Source of the DNA: Octopus sinensis
Lineage: Eukaryota
Assembly (NCBI RefSeq): GCF_006345805.1
Contig: NW_021823804.1
Coordinates: forward strand, 1-21,128
Direction: 5' to 3'
Length of the DNA: 21,128 bases
Shown: piece after piece, positions 8,931-21,128 of the stretch
Layout: every line of letters begins with the position of its first letter
Position numbering within the stretch: position 1 is the first letter of the stretch
The notes under the pieces: generated by a model
What the model was told of the DNA's origin: nothing
Database searches by the model: none
Seen by the model: the letters and a program-made list of their open reading frames with translations, nothing else
Translations under genes and position numbers: made by a program

Positions 8931-8987
<57 letters not shown>
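8931..8987. repeat. (AT)n microsatellite
   Basis: Direct reading. Bounds the ribozyme-containing segment on its 3' side. Confidence 0.95.
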
Positions 8988-8988
<1 letters not shown>

Positions 8989-9356
8989 AATACATGAATA
9001 TATACGTTTATATAATTCTGATAACTGTGTGTGCGTGTTTTTAATATAAAATTATACATATACACACACACAACACACACACACACAGATATCACAATTT
9101 GTAAAATAGTACTTAGATTATTTCAAGTTAATTTCAGTTACGCGGATGTAAACAGTCTCATGCAGTTACGCATATACACACACACACATACATACACACA
9201 TGCAACACCAGACAGTGACATAATTTTCATTTCTCCATTTCTGCTGGAATGCTAATGTCGCGAAAGAAGTAGGGTATGCTGAGGAAGTGAAGGGAATTAA
9301 AATGTATCAATCTCACCAAATCCTTAGTACATGGTTATGTAGCTAATAACATCACA

Positions 9357-9391
<35 letters not shown>

Positions 9392-9555
9392 CCCTCTTTT
9401 TCTTCTTTCTCCCTCCCTCTCTCTCTCTCTTTCTATCACTTTCTTTCCCCTCTCTCATTTACACTCTTCCACTATCAACGCCCATCTTTGACTGCTGACG
9501 CAAACTTTTCATATCGGATTCATATAATGAGAAATAAAGACGCCAATCTATATTT

Positions 9556-9603
<48 letters not shown>

Positions 9604-9925
9604 GCATAATTGTGTGCTACTTCAATGAAAAAATGTATGGTAAATAAACAAATGACGCAATATATATATATGCGCACATATATATATATATATAGATATA
9701 TATAAACATTCACTACCTCTTACGAACAGAGACTAACAGCACTTTATTGGTAAGTTACGATTTTCATTATATTATATCGGCCTTCTATTGGCCATTGTCC
9801 AGTCTCCTCAACGGCATTAAGGATGGGATAAAAAGGTTCTCCACCCTTAAGACTTCATAAATTTGTGTCCCCAAATTACCTAAAATGTTTTTTTATGCTT
9901 TTATTTTTACTTCAGTAATTTTCAG

Positions 9926-10139
9926 TTAACCCATTAGCATTGGCACTGGCCACGTCGGGCCCAAATATTCTTCCTGTTTTCTGTGGAAACTGAACAGATC
10001 AGCCTTTTCACAACCACCATGCAAAGTTATTCTAAAAGTAAGCAATCACATAATCAAAATCTCAAAGCTAGAAGATAACGTATGTTTAATTTTAAACGAT
10101 GTGAATAAATAAGTAATTCATCTGAATGTTGAAGGAGTA
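9926..10139. mobile_element. TTAA MITE, copy 2
   Basis: Paralog of 680-893. Confidence 0.7.
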
Positions 10140-10193
10140 TCCCCTTCTAGCTGGTACAATAATGAAACAGCAATTCCATCTCAAATTACGTGG

Positions 10194-10452
10194 GGTATTT
10201 TTTAAGAACACATTTCAGGTACGAGGGAGTGGTTAAGAAGGTTAGTAGTACAAAAAATCGGGTCGGTATTTTTCTTAGTATTTGACTTTTGTTAATTATT
10301 GTTTGAAGCCGAGAAGGGTCAAATGAGAGTAGAGACGGTTGAAAAGCAAAAATTTGAAGAAATTTGTGATGTGTGTTGGAGAGATTTAGGAGGCTGAGAG
10401 GAGGATGAAAAATAGATTGATCATAATACTTGGAATAAATTTGGGATGCGTG
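10194..10452 (-). mobile_element. Probable Penelope-like linker fragment, copy 2
   Basis: Paralog of 947-1206. Confidence 0.45.
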
Positions 10453-10689
10453 TTATATATATTTATATTTCTGTAGGTATCTATATATATATGCTGACTA
10501 CTTAATGTTTTTAATACTGTGTATTAATGTAGGAGTTTATATGTATATATATTGTGCGTATATGTGTGTGTGTTTGCATGTATGTATGTAAGAGCTTGTA
10601 TGTATATATTATGTATTTGTAAATGCAATTTTGGATATTTCATATGTATTGCATATGCTCATATATATATATATATATCTGTATATATA

Positions 10690-10763
<74 letters not shown>

Positions 10764-10889
10764 TGTATATATGTTATACATACATATATGTATACATAGA
10801 CACACACACACATATTTGCTATTTGGAATGTGTTCACTTGTCGATTGTCAGGTTGACACTTGTTTTACATTACAGCTTTTTTTATTTGG

Positions 10890-11563
10890 AATTAGGGAAG
10901 TGCATGAATGTCGGGCAGTATTTATGATTACGATAAAAAATAACGTCAGAGAATTTAATAGTGAGGAGTTGTGGAGGCGAATAATAGTTAATCACCATTT
11001 TATACATAACATACATTCACCTATATTTGTGTTTTAGAGGGGAGCTTCACATACCATGGACCACGATAGAGCGTGTTGGACATTGTTTTGAATTGAGGTT
11101 GTATATGTGTGTTGCTAAAGATTGAAGTAGTTTAGATTCGGGATTAGTGAAAGAATACATATGAGCACGACAACGACATTGAAAATCCTCAGTGCCATTA
11201 ATATACACCCTTGCCTGGTGGGTGCATGGGGTAATGACGTGGCACTTAAAGATTACGCTTTTGAGGAGACAGGTGTCTGCATACCATATATTTCAGAAGC
11301 GCGACAGTTGCAAGTGGTTGGGGTTTACTAGTAGTAATGTTGATGTTGGTTGGTTTGTTGTTAGTGGGGAGAATCTAAATTAGGATTTATATTAGTATCG
11401 GATTGAGAGGTTGTAATGGAACTAATATTTGTCGTCTCGTAGACAGGGTTGTAGAATGTTGGCTTAAGATTAGTATTATACAATTGAGGTGGCTTATTAA
11501 TGTTTGTATTATTGTATTGTGAAGTTTAGCTTGGGATTTTGGGGAAAATTTTGGTTTTTATCC
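10890..11563 (-). mobile_element. Penelope-like GIY-YIG fragment, copy 2
   Basis: Paralog of 1720-2400 with the same motifs. Confidence 0.85.
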
Positions 11564-11941
11564 ACACATAAAGCCTACCGGTGTTTTATAAAGACTTATG
11601 GAACCACGTGACCGCTGCTAGCTTTGTTGTTGTTGATGTGTATGTATTTTCAAAATGTTTTATTCTTCAACTTTGAGATGTATTGTTGATTTTTTTTATT
11701 TTATCTTACTATAATCAGCAACAAACACCTTCCGTCAATATTAAGATTTTTATTGGATAAAAAAAACATTATCAAAACATGAAGTTAAAACAAAACAAAT
11801 GTGCTTTGTTTTCTTCCAGGCACCAATGTTTTGTAGCAATAGTCTTTCATCGACCGACCTTTCCTCCAAAAAAATCAGTGGAATCATTCGATCTCCATAC
11901 ACAAATTATTTTCCTCCTGGAACTATAAAAAAAGTTACACA

Positions 11942-12021
11942 CATTAGGCGCACCTTTCTCTAAGCGGCACACTAAATTTACCAGGTAAAATATAGCGGCT
12001 TATACACCGGAAAATACGGTG
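11942..12021. mobile_element. Tc2/pogo-like terminal fragment, copy 2
   Basis: Paralog of 2779-2858; ends TTATACACCGGAAAATACGG-TG. Confidence 0.6.
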
Positions 12022-12856
12022 TTTATTTTTTTGTCATATTCATATCGACTTTTCCTCCATAAACGTTACACAAACACTTGACTGCGCATGCCTGAATGTC
12101 TACATTAAAGCATTTTCTAAGCTAAATTCTCTGCCTGATCTACAGGCTCATTAGGCCCCCAGTATATCTCGGTATCGAACGTATTTCAACACACCGGATA
12201 CCAGTCTGTCGCAATGTTAACCCCTGGTTAATGCTGGTACTTTTCAGATGAGAGTACTGGAAGTGTCTTTCTCGTGGACACAACTTACCGAAACAATAAT
12301 CCATACGCCTATATGTGTGTGTGTGCGCGCTTATGTACATATCCGTGCGTATGTGGGTGTATTTTTGTATGCATGTACACGCACACACACACAATCTTTT
12401 ATTCTTTTATTCTTTTGCTTATTTAAAGGTGAATTTTAAAGTCGTTATGCCAATCACATAATCCCCTTCCGACATAGGCCAACAGTAAAGCTACGAAACT
12501 GGCTAAGTTTGGAAGAAAACGAAACACCACATGTGACTGGATGGGAAGTAATTGAGAATCCATAACTTATGTGAATGGATCGAATAAATATAAACATTGT
12601 TTAGCTGAAAGAGTGCATATCCTGTTCAGATCTAAGATGCTTAATCCTCTATTGGACTCTAGGTCGGGAATTTTCAGTCGTTGTCAAGTATAAATATATT
12701 TGAAGAACTGAAAAATTCCGTCTATTCTTGATTAGATTTTTGATATTTTATTAGCCTATAATTCAAGGTCTAACAACGAGAACTGTTAAATGCTGTTTTT
12801 ACTTTTCCCTTTTCAAATTTTCGTTTTTGTGCTTTCGCTTTCCGATTTCCGGAACA

Positions 12857-13899
12857 CTGGGCATGCCGTGGAAGACATGCACTGGGGCTGCGGCACCTCC
12901 AAACATTCTGCGTAAATGGTGAACAGGTGTGGTCATCGTTTGTCAAACAGGCTTTTCCACATCTCATCTCCTTGAGTAAGCTGCAGTCGTGGGTCGAGAA
13001 GAGACCGAGGATGGGTTACTGGCATCTGGAATGTTGCTAGGCACTCACTGTCCTCTAGCAGGTGGGCAATGCGATCAGTAGAAAATCCACTCTGAAGTTC
13101 TATGGAGGGTTAGTGGAGGGAAAGTGCGAGGAAGCACTTGGAGAGACGCTAGGCGTTGACAAAATTGAACTAACCAGTCTGTTGAGGAGGACTTTCAAGA
13201 CGGGGACGATGGATAACTTCTAGAAGTCCCTTGTTATGCAGTGCTGTCGGGGGGCACTGACGGTTCGAATAAACTCTACAAGCACGGAAGTTCTGTCTGA
13301 CCGACCTACCCGACATGTGCGCAGAGCTATGAAATCATTCTGCACGCACTCGTCCAGTGTCCTGCATTACTGAAATGTGGAGTTATGTTGAACAGCTGTT
13401 ATCACGTGTACGGTGGTTCTATCTATCGGCCGAGTCCGTAGTGAAGATCGATCATCCACTTTCAATCAGTCCGGAGGGCAGGCAATTTACTTATGTCTAA
13501 TAGCAAGAAGCGAAAGAGGCTGTGTTGTGGACCAGGTTAAAAGGACTAAAGGCTGAGACTTTTCTCTACGGCCAATCACTCGTCAACTTTTTCAAATTTT
13601 CTTTGGAAAGGAAGATGAGGGTGGATGAATAGCGAAAATGGTACGTGTGAGTGGACTTACTCTAATAACACGCCTTTGAGCTAGTGAATTTGAAAGAAAG
13701 GAGAGTGTTCTTCCCAGATGCTCTCGAAGCGTCGAGTGGTTCAGGATTGGGGTGGGGGTACCTGAGCCAACTCCAGGGGATTACCTGCACCTATTACGAA
13801 CTTTCATTGTTATATTCTTTTGTCGGATATCATTGTTATTCTTTTAACTGTGTACTCATTTTCTCTGCGTTAAATCCCCACTGTCCATGTCTACTGTGT
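12857..13899 (+). mobile_element. Tx1/L1-clade LINE 3' fragment, copy 2
   Basis: Paralog of 3697-4776 with a 40-bp deletion near 13624. Confidence 0.85.
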
Positions 13900-14135
13900 C
13901 CTGTTTCTTTACTACCCACAAGGGGCTAAACACAGAAAAGACAAACAAGGACAGACAAACGGATTAAGTCAATTATATCGACCACAGTGCGTAGCTGGTA
14001 CTTCTTTAATCGACCCCGAAAGGATGAAAGGAAATGTCGACCTCGGATGAATTTGAACTCAGAACGTAACGGCAGAAGAAACACCGCTTAGCATTTCGCC
14101 CTACGTACTGAAGATTCTGCCAGCTCACACCGCAT
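13900..14135 (-). mobile_element. tRNA-derived SINE family 1, copy 2
   Basis: Paralog of 4777-5008; B box retained. Confidence 0.85.
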
Positions 14136-14175
14136 TTTCTACTGTATCTTCTCCCATATGGCGGCGCTATTGGCA

Positions 14176-14245
14176 AATAATAATAATAATAATAATGATA
14201 ATAATAGTAACAACACTAGTAAAGAATAATTATAATAATAATAAT

Positions 14246-14288
<43 letters not shown>

Positions 14289-14388
14289 TAACAATAATTA
14301 CTATTATTATTATTATTATTATTATTATATTATTATCATTATTATTTTTATTATTATTATCATTATTATTATAATAATAATAATAATA

Positions 14389-14427
<39 letters not shown>

Positions 14428-14478
14428 CATTATTATTATTATTATTGTTATTATTATTATTATTATAATTATTATTAT
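14176..14478. repeat. (AAT)n/(ATT)n microsatellite, copy 2
   Basis: Direct reading. Source of the poly-N/poly-I/poly-L ORF at 14230-14430. Confidence 0.95.
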
Positions 14479-14809
14479 TGGAATTTTTTTCGGGCTAAAC
14501 TTTTCACTTCTTTACAATAAAATTATGTCATTTAATGCAATAGTTAATTTGATTGATTTCCCTTCAGTTTTATATTAAAGAAAGCATAGGCAGGGCTGTG
14601 TATCCAATTGCATCACACACACAGACACACACACCACACTCACATCGTACGCATCAACTCTCCTACTCTTCTTTCGCCTCTCTCTCTTCTATCACTCCCT
14701 CTCCCCACTCTCTCATTTTAACTCTTCCACTTCCACCGCCAATCATCATAAACTGCTGACTGAAACTTTTCAAATCGAATAGTATAATTAGAAACACAGA
14801 TGCCATATA

Positions 14810-14858
<49 letters not shown>

Positions 14859-14900
14859 CATATACATATATATATATATATTTATATATATGTGTTTTAG

Positions 14901-15981
14901 GATGTGGAATATTCGTATCAGTAACACGGACTGTGTCATCATAATACTGTCCACGAAGCGTTGATAGGAGCAAAGCTACCAAGAGAAGTCGGTGGGCCTG
15001 CAAATTGGCAGTTGGAGAGGCAGACCCATACAAACCGACAGTTTGTAGGGCGCTAGAGGGAAAGGCAGGTTAAAACTGCTTGGGTCTGGTTGCTCTTGAC
15101 CTCGGGGTGGACAACAACGTGTGGAAGGTGACGAACAGGATAGTCGATCTCACCCAGAAGTTGGCAGAGAGGAAGCTGTTCGTGAAGGGTCGAGTCGAAG
15201 TGGCGAATGCGTACATCCCTTCCGTCATCTATGACTTTCTGAATGATGTAGCCATGCCCGATAAAGTTAGAGCGTTTGTTATTCCGCTTTCTAAAGAAGG
15301 GACGTGTTCCGCTCAACAGACGGTCCATCTGCTGTAAGCTACCTCTCAGTGGAGTACTGGACATGTCGTTGCTAATGATTCGCAGACATACGCTGAGACT
15401 GCGACATCTCCTGCGTTTCTTTAACGGTGAGCATGGGGGATTGACTGTTTGTGAAGCGGGTCTTTCCGCAGCTCGTCTCACTGAAGAAGCTACAGTACTG
15501 AGTCAAGCGTTGGCCAAGAAAGGGCGCTTGGCACCTGGAGTCTCGGCAAGCTTTCACAGCTTTCTGCCAGTCGGGCAACGCGGGCGTTGATAGTTCCACT
15601 ATAGATTTCTATAGGGAATTAGGAGAGGGGAAAGAACAACGAAGAAATCGAGGTAAATTCTGGGCGTATGTTGAGGGAATCAACTAACTGGTCTTTAACT
15701 TCCAGGAATCCCTGGCCTGGTGGTGCTACCGGGGAGCTCTGCCGATTCAAGACAAGCTCTACAGATACGAAAGTGTTGTCGGACGGATATGTTTGGGTTG
15801 TGCGCAGGGCGATGAAGTAGTCCTGCATGCACTCATCTGTCCAGTTTACGAGCCGAGTTCATTGTAAAGATCGCCCCGCCACCTTCTTTAGGCCGGGAAG
15901 GAAAAGCAGTTTCTTCTGCCCGGTGGCTAAAGAAGTAGAGTGGTGGACGAGACTGAAAACATTGAAGACTAAACCTTCTTC
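14901..15981 (+). mobile_element. Second Tx1/L1-clade LINE fragment, copy 2
   Basis: Paralog of 5618-6702. Covers the ORFs at 15080-15337 and 15276-15590. Confidence 0.88.
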
Positions 15982-16359
15982 ACAATGAAATTATGTCATT
16001 TAATATTATCATTTCATATTATCATAAATATTCACTTCAGTTTTATATTAAAGAAACTCATAGATATGGTTAAGTATCTCATTGCATCACACACAAACAC
16101 ACACAGACACACACACACACGCACACAGACACACACACAGATACTGGAAGACAATTAGTTTTTTTTCAATTTCCTTTTTTATCTTTCACTTTTTGCAGAA
16201 GGCATCAAGAATACTGGAGACTTTCTCAGATACAAATACGTTAAATAGTTTAGTGGCCCCTGCATGTTTTCCTCTCCCTCTTCCCCTCACTCCTATGAAA
16301 ATAGGACATCAAACTATTGAATGTTTGGGTACAGATGAGCTCTCTCTCTCTCTCTCTTT

Positions 16360-16768
16360 TACTCTTTTACTTGTTCAGTGATTTTAATGTGGCCGTGAGA
16401 GCACCGCCGCTTTGTCGAGTAAATCGACCCAAGGACTTATTCATGTAGCCTAGTACTTCTTCTATCGGTCTCTTTTGCCGAACCGCTAACTTACAGGGAC
16501 ATAAACACACCAGCATCGGTTGTCAAGCGATGTTGGGGGGAAGGCGGGACTAACACTGACACACAAACACACACATAGAAATATATATATATGCATATAT
16601 ACAACGGGCTTCTTTCAGTTTCCGTCTACTAAATCCACTCACAAGAATTTAGTCGGCCCGAGGCTATAGTAGAAGACGCTCGCCCAAAGTGCCACGCAGT
16701 GGGATTGAACCCGGAACAATGTGGTTGGTAAGCAAGCTGCTTACCACACAGCCACTCCCGCGCCTATA
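16360..16768 (-). mobile_element. tRNA-derived SINE family 2, copy 2
   Basis: Paralog of 7078-7490; A and B boxes intact. Confidence 0.9.
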
Positions 16769-16839
16769 GAAGTTTGGAATATAATTGTGTCCATTATTAT
16801 AATCGTTATATATCTCAGTGCATCACACACACACAGGCA

Positions 16840-16880
<41 letters not shown>

Positions 16881-17532
16881 ACACACACACCAGGACATAT
16901 ACAATTGAAGACCCTTCACACCACAAAATCCTCGCCTGTCATCCTTCTTTCGTATAAAATATTGCTACTTTGATAACGAAAATCTTTTCCCATAAACTTT
17001 TAAAGCTGCTAAACCTTTAATTCCTCTTCAGAATTGTTATAATTTCTCTATCATATACTTATTTCACAAACATATTTTCTGAAACGAACTATTGTTAATG
17101 AATTTGTATCGTTTGCTTCCATGTCAATCATTATATATACCATTTAAATCATTATCGTTATTGATAACTTGATTTTCTGAAGTGACACTATCGTTAATGA
17201 ATCTATCGTCTGCTCAGAGGAAATATTTGGCTGCTATTTCTAGCACACATCCAGCTTAAGCTTCAGAGATTCTTCAGGAAGAGAATGGTGGAAGACAATG
17301 TGAACACTGGAGGGTCTAACAAAGAATTTAGAAATGTACTTCATTTTAATGTTGGCTTTTGACATTGTATTTGGGAAGAGATCGATGATCAATAGTTATC
17401 GAGCAAAAGTGAGATGATTCTACCAGATGAAAAATCTATCGTCTGATCGTATAACAATATTTTATCATTTCCGGTTAATGTCGCCTTTAAACGATTTTAT
17501 GTTCCATAGCTACTAAATTTCTTTGACGTATG

Positions 17533-17568
<36 letters not shown>

Positions 17569-17915
17569 CTCTATAACACGCACGATCAACACACAGACAC
17601 AAATTTCACACCTACTACTAAGTGTATTTTCACGTTTGTCTACCTCACACACACAATAACACATACACACACAGACACAAATGCAGTTATATACACACTC
17701 ATACACATACACAATCACTCGCAATCATAAACACAGCACACACCCGCACATCATCATACATACAGCATACATATTGTCCCCTACCTATTTTTACTACTCC
17801 CTCCTTCTACCCATTTCTGAAGTCATTGCTTATAACGGATTATTTTAAAAAAACACTCATTGTCACTGTGGTCACCATGTAGGCAATCATCAAAAATTTT
17901 GTTCGTCTTGTGGCT

Positions 17916-18029
17916 GAAAGAGGCTCTTAATCTTTCCTGATGAGAAGATGGCATAATGCCACCATTTATACCTTCGGAATTAAAATTATGCCGTCTTCGA
18001 AACATGTGTCGAGAGTAAAAACCTCGTTC
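17916..18029 (+). ncRNA. Type I hammerhead ribozyme, copy 2
   Basis: CTGATGA at 17937-17943, GAAA at 17999-18002, GTC at 18008-18010. Core and all stems are identical to copy 1; the only differences (one insertion, one substitution) fall in loop II. Confidence 0.9.
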
Positions 18030-18199
18030 GACTCCATTCTTCATTTATTCATATAAATAACACAAATTTGCACACAAGAAGAACCCGGAGTTTCTACCCT
18101 TGACAGGTCACTTCAACTGTGGTTTTCCGACGTGAATTGCTACCCAGGTATCGGTTAAACGAATTTTCCATGCTAGAATAATTTCATTCACCTACTAAT

Positions 18200-18240
<41 letters not shown>

Positions 18241-18435
18241 TATATATATATATATAATATATTATATATAATACAAATACATTTATATAATTCTGATAAC
18301 TGTGTGTGCGTGTTTATATATATATTATATATATATATACATATACACACACACACAACACAGATATCACAATTTGTAAAATATACGTTTATATAATTCT
18401 GATAACTGTGTGTGCGTGTTTATATATATAATATA

Positions 18436-18473
<38 letters not shown>

Positions 18474-18969
18474 CACACACACACACACACAGATATCACA
18501 ATTTGTAAAATAGTACTTAGATTATTTCAAGTTAATTTCAGTTACGCGGATGTAAACAGTCTCATGCAGTTACGCATACACACACACACACATACATACA
18601 CACATGCAACACCAGACAGTGACATAATTTTCATTTCTCCATTTCTGCTGGAATGCTAATGTCGGGGAAGAAGGAGGGTATAGTGAGTAAGTGAAGGAAT
18701 TAAAATGTATCAATCTCACCAAATCCTTAGTACATGGTTATGTAGCTAATAGCATCACACAAACCCACACACACACACACACAACACACAAAACCCTCTT
18801 TTTTTCTTCTCCCTCCCTTCTTCTCTCTCTTTCTATCACTTTCTTTCCCCTCTCTTTTACACTCTTCCACTATCAACGCCCATCTTTGACTGCTGACGCA
18901 AACTTTTCGTATCGGATTCATATAATGAGAAATAAAGACGCCAATCTATATTTACACACACACACACAC

Positions 18970-19000
<31 letters not shown>

Positions 19001-19317
19001 GCATAATTGTGTGCTACTTCAATGAAAAAATGTATGGTACATAACAAATGACGCAATATATATATTGCGCACATATATATATATATAGATATATATAAAA
19101 CATTCACTACCTCTTACGAACAGAGACTAACAGCACTTTATTGGTAAGTTACGATTTTCATTATATTATATCGGCCTTCTATTGGCATTGTCCAGTCTCC
19201 TCAACGGCATTAAGGATGGGATAAAAAGGTTCTCCACCTTAAGACATCATAAATTTGGGTCCCCAAATTACCTAAAATGTTTTTTATGCTTTTACTTTTT
19301 ACTTCAGTAATTTTCAG

Positions 19318-19526
19318 TTAACCCATTAGCATTGGCAGGCCACGTCGGGCCCAAATATTCTTCCTGTTTCTGTTGAAAACTGAACACATTAGCCCTTTCA
19401 CAACCACCATGCAAAGTTGTTCTAAAAGTAAGCAAACACATAATCAAATCTCAAAGCTAGAAGATAACGTATGTTTAATTTTAAACGATGTGAATAAATA
19501 AGTATCATCTGAATGTTGAAGGAGTA
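19318..19526. mobile_element. TTAA MITE, copy 3
   Basis: Paralog of 680-893 with several 1-2 nt indels. Confidence 0.68.
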
Positions 19527-19579
19527 TCCCCTTCTAGCTGGTACAAATATGAAACAGCAATTCCATCTCAAATTACGTG

Positions 19580-19836
19580 GGGTATTTTTAAGAACACATT
19601 TCAGGTAGAGGGAGAGTGGTTTAGAATGTTAGTACTACAAAAAATCGGGGTCGGTATTTTTCTTAGTATTTGACTTTTGTTAATTATTATTTGAAGCCGA
19701 GAAGGGTCAATGAGAGTAGAGGACGGTTGAAAAGCAAAAATTTGAAGAAATTTGTGGGTGTGTTGGAGAGATTTGGAGGCTGAGAAGAGGATGAAAATCG
19801 ATTGATCATAATACTTGGAATAAATTTGGGATGCGT
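19580..19836 (-). mobile_element. Probable Penelope-like linker fragment, copy 3
   Basis: Paralog of 947-1206. Confidence 0.42.
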
Positions 19837-20091
19837 GTTATATATATTTATATTCTGTAGGTATCTATATATATATGCTGACTACTTAATGTTTTTTAAT
19901 ACTGTGTATTAATGTAGGAGTTTATATGTATATATATTGTGCGTATATGTGTGTGTTTGCATGTATGTATGTAAGAGCTTGTATGTATATATTATGTATT
20001 TGTAAATGCAATTTTGGATATTTCATATGTATTGCATATGCTCATATATATATATATATATATACATTATATCTGTATTTATTATATATAT

Positions 20092-20134
<43 letters not shown>

Positions 20135-20237
20135 TATGTATACATAGACACACACACACATATTTGCTATTTGGAATGTGTTCACTTGTCGATTGTCAGG
20201 TTGACACTTGTTTTACATTACAGCTTTTAGTATTTGG

Positions 20238-20913
20238 AATTAGGGAAGTGCATGAATGTCGGGCAGTATTTATACTACGATAAAAATAACGTCAGAGAAT
20301 TTAACAGTGAGAGTTGTGGAGGCGAAAAGAATAGTTAATGACCCTTTTATACATAACATACATTTACCTATATTTGTGTGTAGAGGGGAGCTTCCACATA
20401 CTATGGACCACGATAGAGCGTGTTGGGCTTGTGGTTGTAATTGATGGTGGTGTATATGTGTGTTGCTAAAGATTGAAATAGTTTAGATTCGGGATTAGTG
20501 AAGGAATACAATATGAGCACGACACACGACATTGAAAATCCTCAGTGCCCCAAATATACACCCTTGCCTGGTGGGTGCATGGGGTCATCACGTGGCACTT
20601 ATTAGATTACGCTTTGTAGGAGACAGGTGTCTGCATACCATATATTTCAGAAGCGCGACAGTTGCAGTGGTTGGGGTTTACTATTAGTAAGTTGATGTGG
20701 TTGTTGGTTTGTTGTTAGTGGGGAGAATCTAAATTAGGATTAATTAGTATCGGATTGAGAGGTTGTAATGGAACTAATATTTGTCGTCTCGTAGACAGGG
20801 TTGTAGAATGTTGGCTTAAGATTAGTATTATACATTGAGGTGGCTTATTAATGTTGTATTATTGTATTGTGAAGTTTAGCTTGGGATTTTGGGGAAAATT
20901 TTGGTTTTTATCC
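20238..20913 (-). mobile_element. Penelope-like GIY-YIG fragment, copy 3
   Basis: Paralog of 1720-2400; indel-rich. Confidence 0.8.
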
Positions 20914-21128
20914 ACACATAAAGCCTACCGGTGTTTATAAAAGACTTATGGAACCACGTGACCGCTGCTAGCTTTGTTGTTGTTGATGTGTATGTATTTT
21001 CAAAATGTTTTATTCTTCCACTTTGAGATGTATTGTTGTGATTTTTTTTATTTTATCTTACTATAATCAGCAACAAACAGCTTCGTCAATATTAAGTTTT
21101 TTATTGGATAAAAAAAAAACATTATCAA

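Larger units (their letters stand above)
1..9236. repeat. Tandem macro-repeat unit, copy 1 (window starts at an arbitrary phase of the array)
   Basis: The anchor CTGCTGGAATGCTAATGTCG occurs at 5, 9241 and 18645 (periods 9236 and 9404). All internal landmarks recur collinearly. Confidence 0.97.
9237..18640. repeat. Tandem macro-repeat unit, copy 2
   Basis: Collinear with copy 1 over its full length. Differs by substitutions, microsatellite lengths, a 40-bp deletion and a ~105-130 bp internal duplication. Confidence 0.97.
18641..21128. repeat. Tandem macro-repeat unit, copy 3 (partial, runs off the window end)
   Basis: Matches positions ~1-2610 of copy 1. Shares diagnostic variants with copy 2, e.g. 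it lacks the 1692-1717 segment. Confidence 0.96.

Noticed and set aside
1-18640. Copies 1 and 2 as a pure assembly duplication of one sequence
   Set aside because: Dense substitutions in some blocks and structured 14-130 bp indels exceed sequencing error. Two diverged haplotypes stitched in tandem cannot be fully excluded without reads.
231-20444. The many 60-165 aa ORFs rich in YI, HT, CV or poly-N/I/L
   Set aside because: They are translations of (AT)n, (CA)n and (AAT)n microsatellites or off-frame TE sequence, with no recognisable host protein.
1-21128. CRISPR array or prokaryotic defence system
   Set aside because: No regularly spaced 25-45 bp repeats with unique spacers, no operon-like ORFs, and the sequence is clearly eukaryotic.

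Overview
AT-rich, microsatellite-dense eukaryotic DNA. The SINE and MITE sequences resemble octopus repeats as I recall them, so a cephalopod origin is an inference. The whole window is a head-to-tail tandem array of a ~9.2-9.4 kb unit: copy 1 is 1-9236, copy 2 is ~9237-18640, and a partial copy 3 is ~18641-21128. I find no supportable host protein-coding gene. Each unit is mostly transposon fossils: a TTAA MITE, two Penelope-like fragments (one with the GIY-YIG endonuclease), a Tc2/pogo-like end, two Tx1/L1-type LINE fragments, two tRNA-derived SINEs, and an older ~150-300 bp module present about 4 times. The standout is one structurally intact type I hammerhead ribozyme per complete unit (8651-8763 and 17916-18029, + strand). 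It has a complete catalytic core, a 14-bp stem II, a bipartite stem I, and a minimal self-complementary stem III of the dimer-dependent type. Nothing in the sequence shows transcription or cleavage. Identity figures are by-eye estimates, not computed alignments.
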